Assembly (NCBI RefSeq): GCF_001194135.2
Contig: NC_068989.1
Coordinates: 66,399,363-66,462,102, forward strand
Direction of reading: 5' to 3'
Length of the DNA stretch: 62,740 nucleotides
DNA from: Octopus bimaculoides
Lineage: Eukaryota
Made by a program: the position numbers and the translations under genes. The notes under the pieces are model-generated. The model made no database searches, was not told the origin of the DNA, and saw only the letters and a list, made by a program, of their open reading frames with translations. Of this stretch, positions 35,663 through 47,700 are shown piece after piece; position 1 is the first letter of the stretch; each line of letters opens with the position of its first letter.

Positions 35663-35957
35663 CAGAGGTTGGACAAAATAATGGAAACACCTAGCATCAT
35701 AGCATCATAATTTTGAAATATCTACAAAACCGTCAAAAGCTTGTTTATTTTTATGTTTTTTGATTTATTATTATTGTTGCTTATATGTTTTGCTAAAATT
35801 GCTGTTTCTTTTCAAATATCATCAGAAAAGGTAATTAAAATTCATTAAAATGACAGATCTATTGTACTTTGAAAGAGGTCAAATTGTTGGTGCTCGTATG
35901 GCAGGCACTAGCCTAACGAAAACAGCTGAAATGTTTGGTGTATGAAAAAGTACTGTC
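35663..35957 (+). mobile_element. Tc1-family transposon 5' end (TIR and transposase N-terminus), running into a gap
   Basis: TA-CAGAGGTTGGACAAAATAATGGAAACACC TIR; ATG at 35850 gives MTDLLYFERGQIVGARMAGTSLTKTAEMFGV*KSTV (Tc1 HTH, cf. FQRGQIVGARLAGAS). Confidence 0.85.
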
Positions 35958-36824
35958 NNNNNNNNNNNNNNNNNNNNNNNNNNNNNNNNNNNNNNNNNNN
36001 NNNNNNNNNNNNNNNNNNNNNNNNNNNNNNNNNNNNNNNNNNNNNNNNNNNNNNNNNNNNNNNNNNNNNNNNNNNNNNNNNNNNNNNNNNNNNNNNNNNN
36101 NNNNNNNNNNNNNNNNNNNNNNNNNNNNNNNNNNNNNNNNNNNNNNNNNNNNNNNNNNNNNNNNNNNNNNNNNNNNNNNNNNNNNNNNNNNNNNNNNNNN
36201 NNNNNNNNNNNNNNNNNNNNNNNNNNNNNNNNNNNNNNNNNNNNNNNNNNNNNNNNNNNNNNNNNNNNNNNNNNNNNNNNNNNNNNNNNNNNNNNNNNNN
36301 NNNNNNNNNNNNNNNNNNNNNNNNNNNNNNNNNNNNNNNNNNNNNNNNNNNNNNNNNNNNNNNNNNNNNNNNNNNNNNNNNNNNNNNNNNNNNNNNNNNN
36401 NNNNNNNNNNNNNNNNNNNNNNNNNNNNNNNNNNNNNNNNNNNNNNNNNNNNNNNNNNNNNNNNNNNNNNNNNNNNNNNNNNNNNNNNNNNNNNNNNNNN
36501 NNNNNNNNNNNNNNNNNNNNNNNNNNNNNNNNNNNNNNNNNNNNNNNNNNNNNNNNNNNNNNNNNNNNNNNNNNNNNNNNNNNNNNNNNNNNNNNNNNNN
36601 NNNNNNNNNNNNNNNNNNNNNNNNNNNNNNNNNNNNNNNNNNNNNNNNNNNNNNNNNNNNNNNNNNNNNNNNNNNNNNNNNNNNNNNNNNNNNNNNNNNN
36701 NNNNNNNNNNNNNNNNNNNNNNNNNNNNNNNNNNNNNNNNNNNNNNNNNNNNNNNNNNNNNNNNNNNNNNNNNNNNNNNNNNNNNNNNNNNNNNNNNNNN
36801 NNNNNNNNNNNNNNNNNNNNNNNN

Positions 36825-36863
<39 letters not shown>

Positions 36864-36869
36864 GTCTCT

Positions 36870-37373
36870 CGTACGTATGTACGGATGTACGTACGAACAT
36901 ACGTATGTATGGATGTACGTACGTGCCTACGTAAGTATGTATGGATGTACGTACGCATCAATGGATGTACGTACGTACCTACGTACGTGTGTATGGATGT
37001 ACGTGCGTACCTACGTACGTATGTATGGATGTACGTACGTACCTACGTTCGTATGTATGGATGTACGTACGTACCTACGTACGTATGTATATATGTACGC
37101 ATGTACCTATATATGTATGTATGTACGTACGTAACTATGTACGTATGTAGAGACAGAGAGAGAGAGAGAGAGAAGAGCGAGCGAGAGAGAAGGGCGAGAG
37201 AGAGAGAGGAGCGAGAGAGAAGAGCGAGAGAGGGAGAGGAGCGAGAGAGAGAGAGAAGCGGAAGAGTGCGAAGAGAGAGAGGAGCGAGAGAGAGAGAGAG
37301 AGGAGCGAGAGAAAGAGAGGAATCGAGAGAGAGAGGAGCGAGAGAGAGAGGAGAGAGAGAGAGAGAGAGAGAG
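36870..37373. repeat. (GTAC/GTAT)n-derived tandem array followed by (GA)n tract
   Basis: Repeating GTATGTATGGATGTACGTACGT units at 36870-37150, then (GA)n/GAGC to 37373. Confidence 0.95.
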
Positions 37374-38499
37374 NNNNNNNNNNNNNNNNNNNNNNNNNNN
37401 NNNNNNNNNNNNNNNNNNNNNNNNNNNNNNNNNNNNNNNNNNNNNNNNNNNNNNNNNNNNNNNNNNNNNNNNNNNNNNNNNNNNNNNNNNNNNNNNNNNN
37501 NNNNNNNNNNNNNNNNNNNNNNNNNNNNNNNNNNNNNNNNNNNNNNNNNNNNNNNNNNNNNNNNNNNNNNNNNNNNNNNNNNNNNNNNNNNNNNNNNNNN
37601 NNNNNNNNNNNNNNNNNNNNNNNNNNNNNNNNNNNNNNNNNNNNNNNNNNNNNNNNNNNNNNNNNNNNNNNNNNNNNNNNNNNNNNNNNNNNNNNNNNNN
37701 NNNNNNNNNNNNNNNNNNNNNNNNNNNNNNNNNNNNNNNNNNNNNNNNNNNNNNNNNNNNNNNNNNNNNNNNNNNNNNNNNNNNNNNNNNNNNNNNNNNN
37801 NNNNNNNNNNNNNNNNNNNNNNNNNNNNNNNNNNNNNNNNNNNNNNNNNNNNNNNNNNNNNNNNNNNNNNNNNNNNNNNNNNNNNNNNNNNNNNNNNNNN
37901 NNNNNNNNNNNNNNNNNNNNNNNNNNNNNNNNNNNNNNNNNNNNNNNNNNNNNNNNNNNNNNNNNNNNNNNNNNNNNNNNNNNNNNNNNNNNNNNNNNNN
38001 NNNNNNNNNNNNNNNNNNNNNNNNNNNNNNNNNNNNNNNNNNNNNNNNNNNNNNNNNNNNNNNNNNNNNNNNNNNNNNNNNNNNNNNNNNNNNNNNNNNN
38101 NNNNNNNNNNNNNNNNNNNNNNNNNNNNNNNNNNNNNNNNNNNNNNNNNNNNNNNNNNNNNNNNNNNNNNNNNNNNNNNNNNNNNNNNNNNNNNNNNNNN
38201 NNNNNNNNNNNNNNNNNNNNNNNNNNNNNNNNNNNNNNNNNNNNNNNNNNNNNNNNNNNNNNNNNNNNNNNNNNNNNNNNNNNNNNNNNNNNNNNNNNNN
38301 NNGTATTCAGCTGAATAGACGTCAGTGATTGGTTGAAATTACAGAAATACGACAACTTTAACATGAAATAACTTGCGATGTACAATTTTTTGTTAAGAAG
38401 GCTAAGAGAAAAAGTTGTTTTATATGATACATTCTATCAGTGTCCCAAGTTTGAAAGTGTTTTGTTAAGAAAACAAGTGTTGCCCGTCAAACCAAAAAG

Positions 38500-39162
38500 A
38501 TCCGAAATTATCCCTTTTTTGTGGTGCAGAGCCTTGGCTGCTCTTTCTAGCGGGTTAGATGCTTTTTATCGGCATCTCTAATGTGTATTAAATGTATATT
38601 TTACATGAATAATATATAGTCTGTTGACTAATTTTTTTCTCGCTACACCGCTGGTAGTAATTAATTTTTTTTTATTTTTGCTACCCTTAGACTTATTAAT
38701 TATAAAATGTTTTTGGCTAATTTCTGAAAAATCGGCATTTTTTTGTATTTGCTGCCGATTATGTATTCCGCACATGCGCGGTAATTTTGAAAAATTAGAC
38801 ATATATGCACAAGCCAGATGGAGTGCCTCGTGCATATATGGTTGCTCTAGGTTATTTCGCTGATGATAGTTGTCCTGGCAGAATAAATAGTTTATTTTAC
38901 TAAAATAACTTGAACCCCGGTTCGAAATATAGATGGTAAATGTTTTCATTTTTCATTCCTTTTCGAAATTATCCCTTTTTTGTGGTGCAGAGCCTTAGCT
39001 GCTCTTTCTAGCGGGTTATATGCCCTTTATGGGCATCTCTAATGTGTATTAAACGTACACTATTTTACATGAATAATATATAGTCTGTTGACTAATTTTC
39101 TTCTACCACTGGTAGTAATTAATTTTTTTTAATTTTTGCTACCCTTAGACTTATTAATTATA
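38500..39162 (+). repeat. ~200-bp direct duplication of a dispersed repeat
   Basis: 38500-38704 and 38962-39162 share CGAAATTATCCCTTTTTTGTGGTGCAGAGCC...GCTACCCTTAGACTTATTAATTATAA; a related copy lies at ~7690-7830. Confidence 0.85.
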
Positions 39163-39274
39163 ATATATATATACATATATATACATATACAAACATATAT
39201 ATATATATAAGCATATGTATATTGATATATATATGTATATATATGTATATAAATGTATATATATGTATATAAGA

Positions 39275-39985
39275 AGTAAAGACTATTTGCCAAGTTCTGG
39301 GTTGAAAGAATGTTACTGTTGTTTAACCCCAGGAAATGTCGTTTCCAGCAGGCTACACAACACAATATCTGTGTCCTTATAATTTCGAACAGGGAAGCTC
39401 AGCACCCCCATCCAACACAAAGCAACATCTGGGGACCGGTTTCTGTGTTACTGCTCTTTCTCAGCACAGAGTAGCTGCTCTGCTAGTCGGTACTGCTGAA
39501 CTCCCGTTCGAAAATATATAATTTTGTAAGTGACGCACAACCATTGATCTAATGAATAGAAACATTATTATTTCTAAATCTCTCAAAGCAAGATATTCAA
39601 TAACAGTACATTAAAGTAAAGACTATTTGCCAACATAATGTGCCAGTCCTGGATAGGACAAACGTTACTGTTGTTTAGCCCAAGGAATAACGTTTCTGTT
39701 TATTAGAGCATTGGTGTGTCACTTTGAAAATTATATATTTTCGAACGAGAGTTCAGCAGCACCGTCAAGCCGAACAGCTATTCTGTGCTGAGAAAACGCA
39801 ATAACCGGTCCACAGATGTTTCTCTGTGTTGTATGGCGGTGCTGAGCTCTCCTGTTCGAAAATGTAAGGACACAGATATTGTGTCGTATAGCCAGCTGGA
39901 AAAGACGTTTCCTGAGGCTAAACAACTGTAGCATTCGTCCCATCTACGGCTGCCAAATTATGTTGGCAAATAGTCTTTAGTTTGA
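39275..39985. repeat. ~250-bp inverted duplication plus a partial direct copy
   Basis: 39275-39525 vs reverse complement of 39728-39980; AAGTAAAGACTATTTGCCAA repeated directly at ~39613. Confidence 0.8.
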
Positions 39986-40033
39986 GAGATTTTGAAATAA
40001 TAGTGTTTATATATATATTTGTTGTATTTGTCT

Positions 40034-40312
40034 CTATCTTGAGAAATAGATTTGTTCCGTATGCAGTGTCATTCTCCATCTGAGAGACATTCTTGTTTTC
40101 CCTATGTAGTCGTAACCACGTTTTGAACAAGTTATGACGAAGATTGCATTTTTGGACGCACAGGTAAACTCAGTCTTAATTTTGAATATTTGTCCTTGTT
40201 TAAAATGGAATTTCGAACCTTCCAGTGGGTTGCGACATGTTCCATAGTAAGGTCGTCCGCAAGGTCGCGCACATTTTTCAACTCTTAGCTCCGTCATTGA
40301 ATTAAAGCACAT
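40034..40312 (-). mobile_element. Penelope-like element GIY-YIG endonuclease remnant
   Basis: KCARP..GTC..FKIKTEFTCASKNAIFVITCSKRGYDYIGKTRMSLRWRMTLH matches PLE FTCxSxNVIYxIxC..YIGxT..LRxRxxxH. Confidence 0.85.
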
Positions 40313-41561
40313 CTGTGCTTTAGTATGAACATATAATCAATTTTGGACAATGTAAATATTTCAGTTCTTAAATATACACCTTATTAATCNNNNNNNNNNT
40401 ATCCTTTATGAGAGGAACCCACGACTTTCATCCCCGATGTACGTGTTGGCTTTTTCATTGGTAATACTTTTCTCTATATATATAAACATAAATGTAAATC
40501 TTTTCTCAAATAAACTGCACTTCGTATTCGATGCTCCGATGAAGTTAAAAAGTGTTACTAAAGCACTCAGCTACGAGTCCACTGCATCTTTTAGCAGAAA
40601 CAGTCATAAGGTAATGTAGTTAATAAGATAATCATTCATTCATTCGTCATCTTATTTTCTTATAACCATTCTTAATAACTCCAGCAGATTCGTAGTTGTA
40701 TTTTGTCTTCGGAGAATATCTCTCTTCAAACTATCTGTGTTTATAACACACTTGATTCATTGATATAAGAGAATTTTAAGCCACTGAAATGTTTCCATCT
40801 GGTAGTGTCTCTTCAACTAAAGCCACCCCTGCTTCAATATGTGCTGTCTCTTGTTTATAGAATTCAGCAAACAAACTATTCGCTGAGGTTTGTCGATCTC
40901 TGCCGAACCGATAATGAAATATCATGTGCTTGCAGAACAGCAAAACTCAAAGCAATGACCTATATAAACGTTCTTAATATGTTCCAGCAGATTCTAACAT
41001 GCATATGCAAATCACTGCTGTATTTCACTTTTGTGGAACACCTCGCTGCAGACGATAAGAATTCATAACACACTCGATTCTTGAAACACAGGAACTTAAT
41101 TTTTTTTTTATCAGAAACATTGTTCGATTTTCTGTATTTGATAGTTTTGTTTATTTCACTGGACATAAATTTTTATCAAAACTACTACAGCAAATACAGA
41201 ATCCTCTTTTAAATATAAAACAGAATTTTATGACATTTAAGATTTTAAAACTTACATTGAAGCTTCAACAGTTTTACTTAAGGGCTTGTTCTTCAAAACA
41301 TCCAGATAGCCTTTCATTTGACAGGCTTTGAATGTATGAAAGAAACTGCTAATCCACATACTTTTTCTTAACCTTGTATTTTCTCTACGTTTAATACTTT
41401 GTAATATGTTTACAGTAGCAGTCGTGACAATTTCTGTTTACTTTATACAATTATATGAAATAACTTTAACATTTGATATGAAAGGGGAGCCATTAAATAC
41501 ATTGCAGTATAAACATATATTTACCCCAATACACCAAAAATTCACACATATGTACACATGA

Positions 41562-41593
<32 letters not shown>

Positions 41594-41619
41594 GTCTGTC
41601 TGTCTGTCTGTCTGTGTCT

Positions 41620-41915
41620 TCTACTATAGCCTTGCGAGTAGATTTGGCTGACGGAAACTGAAAGAAGCGCGTCGTGTCACATATAAATGTGTGTGCGCGC
41701 GCACACGTGTGTGTTAGTCCCCTCATCACTGCTTGGCAACCGATGTTAGTGTGTTTATGTCCCAGCAACTCACCGATTCGACAAAAGGAGACCGGATAGG
41801 ATAAATACCAAGTTTCAAAAGGTAAATACTGGTGTCGATTCGTTCGACTGAAATTCTTCAAGGCCATGCGTCAGCATGGCCGCAGTCTAATGACTGTAAA
41901 AAGTAAAAGATAAGG
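41620..41915 (+). mobile_element. Family A/D SINE copy, CpG-rich
   Basis: GATTTGGCTGACGGAAACTGAAAGAAGCG...GTCGATTCGTTCGACTG...CAGCATGGCCGCAGTC. Confidence 0.7.
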
Positions 41916-42849
41916 ATGTGNNNNNNNNNNNNNNNNNNNNNNNNNNNNNNNNNNNNNNNNNNNNNNNNNNNNNNNNNNNNNNNNNNNNNNNNNNNNNNNN
42001 NNNNNNNNNNNNNNNNNNNNNNNNNNNNNNNNNNNNNNNNNNNNNNNNNNNNNNNNNNNNNNNNNNNNNNNNNNNNNNNNNNNNNNNNNNNNNNNNNNNN
42101 NNNNNNNNNNNNNNNNNNNNNNNNNNNNNNNNNNNNNNNNNNNNNNNNNNNNNNNNNNNNNNNNNNNNNNNNNNNNNNNNNNNNNNNNNNNNNNNNNNNN
42201 NNNNNNNNNNNNNNNNNNNNNNNNNNNNNNNNNNNNNNNNNNNNNNNNNNNNNNNNNNNNNNNNNNNNNNNNNNNNNNNNNNNNNNNNNNNNNNNNNNNN
42301 NNNNNNNNNNNNNNNNNNNNNNNNNNNNNNNNNNNNNNNNNNNNNNNNNNNNNNNNNNNNNNNNNNNNNNNNNNNNNNNNNNNNNNNNNNNNNNNNNNNN
42401 NNNNNNNNNNNNNNNNNNNNNNNNNNNNNNNNNNNNNNNNNNNNNNNNNNNNNNNNNNNNNNNNNNNNNNNNNNNNNNNNNNNNNNNNNNNNNNNNNNNN
42501 NNNNNNNAGAAGGCTTGTGTTACATGGTTAAAGTATATATTTAAATCGTTATGTTAGAAAAATGTTATAAAATTTTGAGTATAGAAACATTGTATTTGGA
42601 GAAATAACCGGTTTCGTATTTTCTTTTCAAATTTCTCTACCTGTATCGTAACATGTCTTCGCTCCGGTGTATAAAATGGAGTTCTGAATGGTGAATATGC
42701 TCCAGAATAATCATTTAAAGACGTTTTTGTTAAATGTTGCTATTGTTTTTATTGAATAAAATTTATTGAAAAAAAGCCGCAATAATCATGCACCAACCTA
42801 ATATCTATCTACCTATCTGTGTGTCTGTCTATCTGACGTGCTCTCTTTG

Positions 42850-43372
42850 CATTTCATTCTTGTCCATTTCACCTTATAGCACAATAAGATTTGTGGAATT
42901 CAGCTCTGACTGCAATAATTTTCTTACTCTCCTTGTGTACTCCCCACTAGTAATTTGTTTCATTTCTTCATTTTTATCTCGTCTGCTCCCAGTATTCCCA
43001 AGTACTTATATCACTGTCCTTTCTCAACCGCTCTCATTGTTTGCCCATTTGGCATTTCAATTCTCTGGCTTCTTTCAAATCTTCCTCATTTCATTTTCAG
43101 TATAGCGTACTTTTCCAGACCTACGTCATTTGAGAAAATGCGGACAGTATGTACAAGACTTTCAAGCTGTTTCTCATTTCAAGCATAACTCTTTATATCA
43201 TCCATGAAAAGGAGATGATTTATCAGACCATTTCCTTTTCCCAAATCGTAAGCAGTTTTAACTTTTCGTAGTATCATAGTGAGCGGTGTCATGACCAATA
43301 TAAATAGTAATGGAGATAAGCTATCACTTTGGAATATTCCACGTCTTATGTTCCCTTTTCCGAGTTTCTGCT
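42850..43372 (-). mobile_element. R4/Dong-like (R2 group) non-LTR reverse transcriptase remnant
   Basis: IRRGIFQSDSLSPLLFILVMTPL...INHLLFMDDIKSYA*NEKQLESLVHTVRIFSND...YKYLGI...RRVRKLLQSELNS. Confidence 0.8.
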
Positions 43373-43595
43373 TTCAAGGCAGTGAGGTGACAGAATCGTT
43401 AGCATGCCTTCTCCTTGTTTCTCTCCTTATTTCTTTCTGTGTTCCTTTCAGTTGAAGAGCGTAGCTCGAAACGTCAAAGACTTTCTCTATTCCCGAGCGT
43501 TAAACTAATACCTCCATTTGTTGTTTACACCACCTGTCTTCGTCTGTTGTTTTTTTTTCGTAAATTCTCCCATATATATATATATATTATATATG

Positions 43596-43820
43596 CAGAG
43601 TTGGCCAAAAGTCGCCCGACAGTAAATCAAAGCCATCTAATTCCAAGATTTATTTATGTTTAACAACTGAATGAATTTAATAAAAGCATCTAAATATGAA
43701 ACAGCATGAAAATTCTTCAGACTGAAGTCCTTCTCGAGCGACGTATTTTGTCATTCGAATGAATACAGACAGTATTTATGGAATTTTGATTTACTGTCCG
43801 GTGACTTTTGGCCAACCCTA
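43596..43820. mobile_element. Tc1/mariner-type MITE, 225 bp
   Basis: TIRs CAGAGTTGGCCAAAAGTCGCCCGACAGTAAATCAAA / TAGGGTTGGCCAAAAGTCACCGGACAGTAAATCAAA within a (TA)n context. Confidence 0.85.
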
Positions 43821-43827
43821 TATAATG

Positions 43828-43859
<32 letters not shown>

Positions 43860-44039
43860 TGTATGTGTGTATGTATGTATGCATGTGTTTGTGTATGTAT
43901 GGATGTTTGTACAATGGCGGACTGGGTCTAAAGATATTCGTTGCTAGCAACTACAATGCTATCATTTATTTATTTATTTATTTATTTATTTATTTGTTAA
44001 AAGTATTTTTGTCAAATGTCTACAAACACAGCCAGGCTG

Positions 44040-44197
44040 AAATAGTTAATGCATTCTTCCAGGAGTGAGTTAAAAAATTCTCAAACTTGAGGGGACAGAC
44101 CCCTTAGATACTAACATGGGCCCCCGTATATGGATTCTAATTGCGCAGGGGCCCACTTGCCATCGGGCAAGCTGGCACCATGGCCAGTCCGCCACTG
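44040..44197. mobile_element. hAT-like element end
   Basis: Terminates in GGCCAGTCCGCCACTG (reverse complement CAGTGGCGGACTGGCC); the left boundary is not found. Confidence 0.4.
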
Positions 44198-45139
44198 TGT
44201 AAGTATGTATGTATGTAGGTAGGTAGGTAGGTAGGTAGGTAGGTAGGTAGATATCTGTATGTATGTATATTGATTTATTTTCGGAATTGTATTTGTTTAC
44301 TGAATGACTTCATCTGCCATTGCCTATAAAAGCAGAAACAACATTGTTAAGGTTTCGGATTGGTCATTAAATGTATACACAGAATTCTTAAAATAACTTT
44401 TCACTTTTTTCTTGAGACTTCGAAATGTTTGCCACAAACAGAGGTTAGGTCTCAGTCGTAAATCCACTGCAACTGTTTAAAAGTTAGTTAAAGGTCAGGT
44501 CTTAACGGCCCCATTATCTACACCTTCCTTTCTGTTGCATATTTTGGTCTACCCATTTATTTTGATCGACTTTGATTTTTTGACATTGTTAATCGCCTCT
44601 TATCTCCAGGTTCCATTCACGTGTCTGATAATCTCTGCATACGGCATTATCTTGTTACCATGTTATTTTCTTTCTTTTTTTTTCTCATTCTTTCTTTTCT
44701 TGAAGGTAGATTTTAAATGTATACTCAATCCATTTGCAGCGTATTAGCATAGCTTTTTCTGGTGCATTGCTCTTTTGTAGTACAAGTTCAACAGAAATTA
44801 AGTTACTTCCACGTGAATGAAATTTTATTTTAAATGTGACGGTATAAAAAAGGGAAGCATATTTTATCAAATAATATCGATAAATTTATATCTATCTATT
44901 TCTTTAAACTTATCCATGTATATACATATGCATATATATGTATATATATGTATATATATATATATGTGTGTGTGTGTGTGCATACACACACGCACACACG
45001 CACATACACACACGCACACATGTACTCTCACATTTGTATAAACACACGTACGGCGAACAAAGAAAAAGAAGTGAAAAAAAGAAAGGGGACAAAATGGAAT
45101 GATAACAATACATAGGCGTGCGTGCGCGTGCGCACGTGT

Positions 45140-45187
<48 letters not shown>

Positions 45188-45599
45188 GTACATACAAAGC
45201 TGTAAACAGAAAGAGTGAAGATAATGATGTCTAATGTCAAATGGCCAATGTCAATCAATATGAATCCAACAGTTTCGTATAACAAAAAAAAATAATTAAA
45301 ATAAATGAAAGAAAGAGGAGAAAAAAAAATAACCAGAAACCGAAAACAACTGCAGTTTTGAATATTCAATTGTAGAATTGACATTTTTAAATAACACGAA
45401 CCAACATACAATATACGAAAGAAAATAGTCGACATTCGAAATGCACTGGTCTATTCATTCAATATTACTTACATTTTAGCAGTAATGCACATAGGTGCAT
45501 CTTATTCTTATCAGCGAGCTGACTGGAGTTTTTGATGTCGGTTTGACGGTACTCTACATTAATTACTCCCTCTGCATATATATCGCAGGCTCGAGATCT

Positions 45600-46720
45600 G
45601 TGTATATTCCCATTTAATCAATACGTATGGCAGATCAAGCTACTTATTGGCTGAACGATCCGTCGAATTTTGGAGTATAGAATGATTTGGACATTGAAAG
45701 CGCTGGAAAAATTTCGAATATGGAATTATCTAACTAGACACCAAGGAATTTGAGTAGTTGCTAAAGGTTAGAATTTTTCTTGTAGTGGCCCTGAGGCCCT
45801 ATTTGGAGATTGAATCGGCAATGCTGGAGAAAGGATGAAATAAACCTGAAGGAAGAAACTGATGGCTCACGGTAATGCAGTCTGTTGGACATTACACGCT
45901 TTAAAAGAAGAATTCCTCCGATAGAGGAATATATTTAAATTATACAAGTTAAGTTTTCTCCAGTGGAAACAAGAGGAGAATAATGTTAATGAGCATGGTA
46001 AAACTTTCTATTTTCTCTGCTACTAACAAATTGCATTTTAGTGTTATACTTGTTATAAGCCTTCACATTCACGCTTCACTCCACTGCATGGTAACTCGTT
46101 ATGCCATTGAATGGTATGAGGTGGTTCCATAGATCCAGCGTTTCAGGTACAGGATCCCTGCAATGGTTACACGGTGGTGTCTTTGATGTTGCAAGTTATA
46201 TTGTGAGAGTAACAACTGTATGAGTGCATGTTTGTTGCGTGTTTGTTTCAGTTGTTGCGTGCAATGCTGGAAGCGATATTTTTTAAGCATGAGTGGATAG
46301 CTTCGATGTTATGCGAGTTAAACGATTTATAATATCTATTGGGTTCTCGGGAAGTGGTTTTTAATTAGCGTCAATAAAAGTCCTAGCTATGTTAGAAACG
46401 TCTATATTGACTGGAGAATTGAACTAGACTACCTTTCTCTCTGTAACTGCCTTTGAGTTTGGGATTGACAATGTGATGTCCTCCGTATACATTAGCTTAT
46501 CAGTAAAGCTACACTTTACCAATATCACTTCATGGTAGTGAGTAGCTCTAGTGAAGAACTCTCTTTCCACCAATAGATTGGAGATTCTTCTGCTGTAACC
46601 AAGGTTCTAATTTCAACTGAAGAGTGGCTTGGGTGCCTATGAATATAATCATGTTCCTTGTCATTGTCAGCCTACATCCATGAAGTTGACCTTTGCCGAA
46701 TTGGTGGTAATACTTATAAT
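45600..46720 (-). mobile_element. Penelope-like element remnant (RT thumb/linker, probable endonuclease tail), Naiad-like
   Basis: ISITTNSAKVNFMDV, RRISNL, RKVV*FNSP, LIKNHFP, YKSFNSHNI..SCL (46285-46717), and a weaker NST..IKWE segment at ~45620-45680. Confidence 0.6.
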
Positions 46721-47252
46721 TATGCTGAATTCTTTAAAAATATAAGATTCCCTCTGAATTTATTTAAGGTGGGGCCGTTCACATAGCTTGGGATTACTAG
46801 GTCATCATTACTATACAGGCTAAAGTGTGGGGATGTTCACGTTTTTTAAGATTTCCAAGATAAATATGTCGAACAGTGAGGTACCTTTTTATTGCTAAAA
46901 TACCGTGACCTAAATAATGACAGCTAAAACATTTTGTCTTCTCTATCACGTGTAACACTCAATGTCGCTTATGTCGCTGAAATATCACACATTGCAGAAT
47001 GCCAACTAAGTGATAGCAACTTCCTGCCTCCTCCGCCACATAGAGCTTCCAGTAAAAGAACTGAGGTGGCTATGATAGCCAAAAACATAAAAATGACCCG
47101 AACTGATCAGTGGAGAGCTAAATACTGTTATCTAGAAGCCATTTTAAATTCTCTTCATTTAAATTCCTATCTGCTGATATAGATTTGTTCTGCACCGACG
47201 AATCTTATGTAATGTGTAACTGAAACAAGCTATTGCTTAATATTCACACACA

Positions 47253-47283
<31 letters not shown>

Positions 47284-47444
47284 GTATGCATCCATGCATA
47301 TATGTATACATGTATACCTGCACACAGGCACACATTTATACACAAGCAAACATACATATATATAGATCATGTGAATGCGATGGACGCGTTCACACATGTG
47401 TCGAGTGTACTTGGGCAAAAGAAAGAGAGAGAGAGTAGAGAGAG

Positions 47445-47487
<43 letters not shown>

Positions 47488-47655
47488 NNNNNNNNNNNNN
47501 NNNNNNNNNNNNNGTGTACACGTGTGCATATGTATCATTGTATGCTTTCTATCTAATACCTAATATTGACAAATAAAAAGATAAAAAATTTTAAAAGCTT
47601 TGGACATTTTTATTTGGTTTCCACTTTTTCTTGACAGTAAATACACAACTACACG

Positions 47656-47700
<45 letters not shown>

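Noticed and set aside
40536-40605. CCGATGA-A-GTTAAAA...TTTTAGC-A-GAAAC-A-GTC hammerhead-like string near the PLE remnant
   Set aside because: Stem I cannot form, the core has U4C and an extra base, and it is on the opposite strand to the PLE ORF; could be revisited with a consensus.
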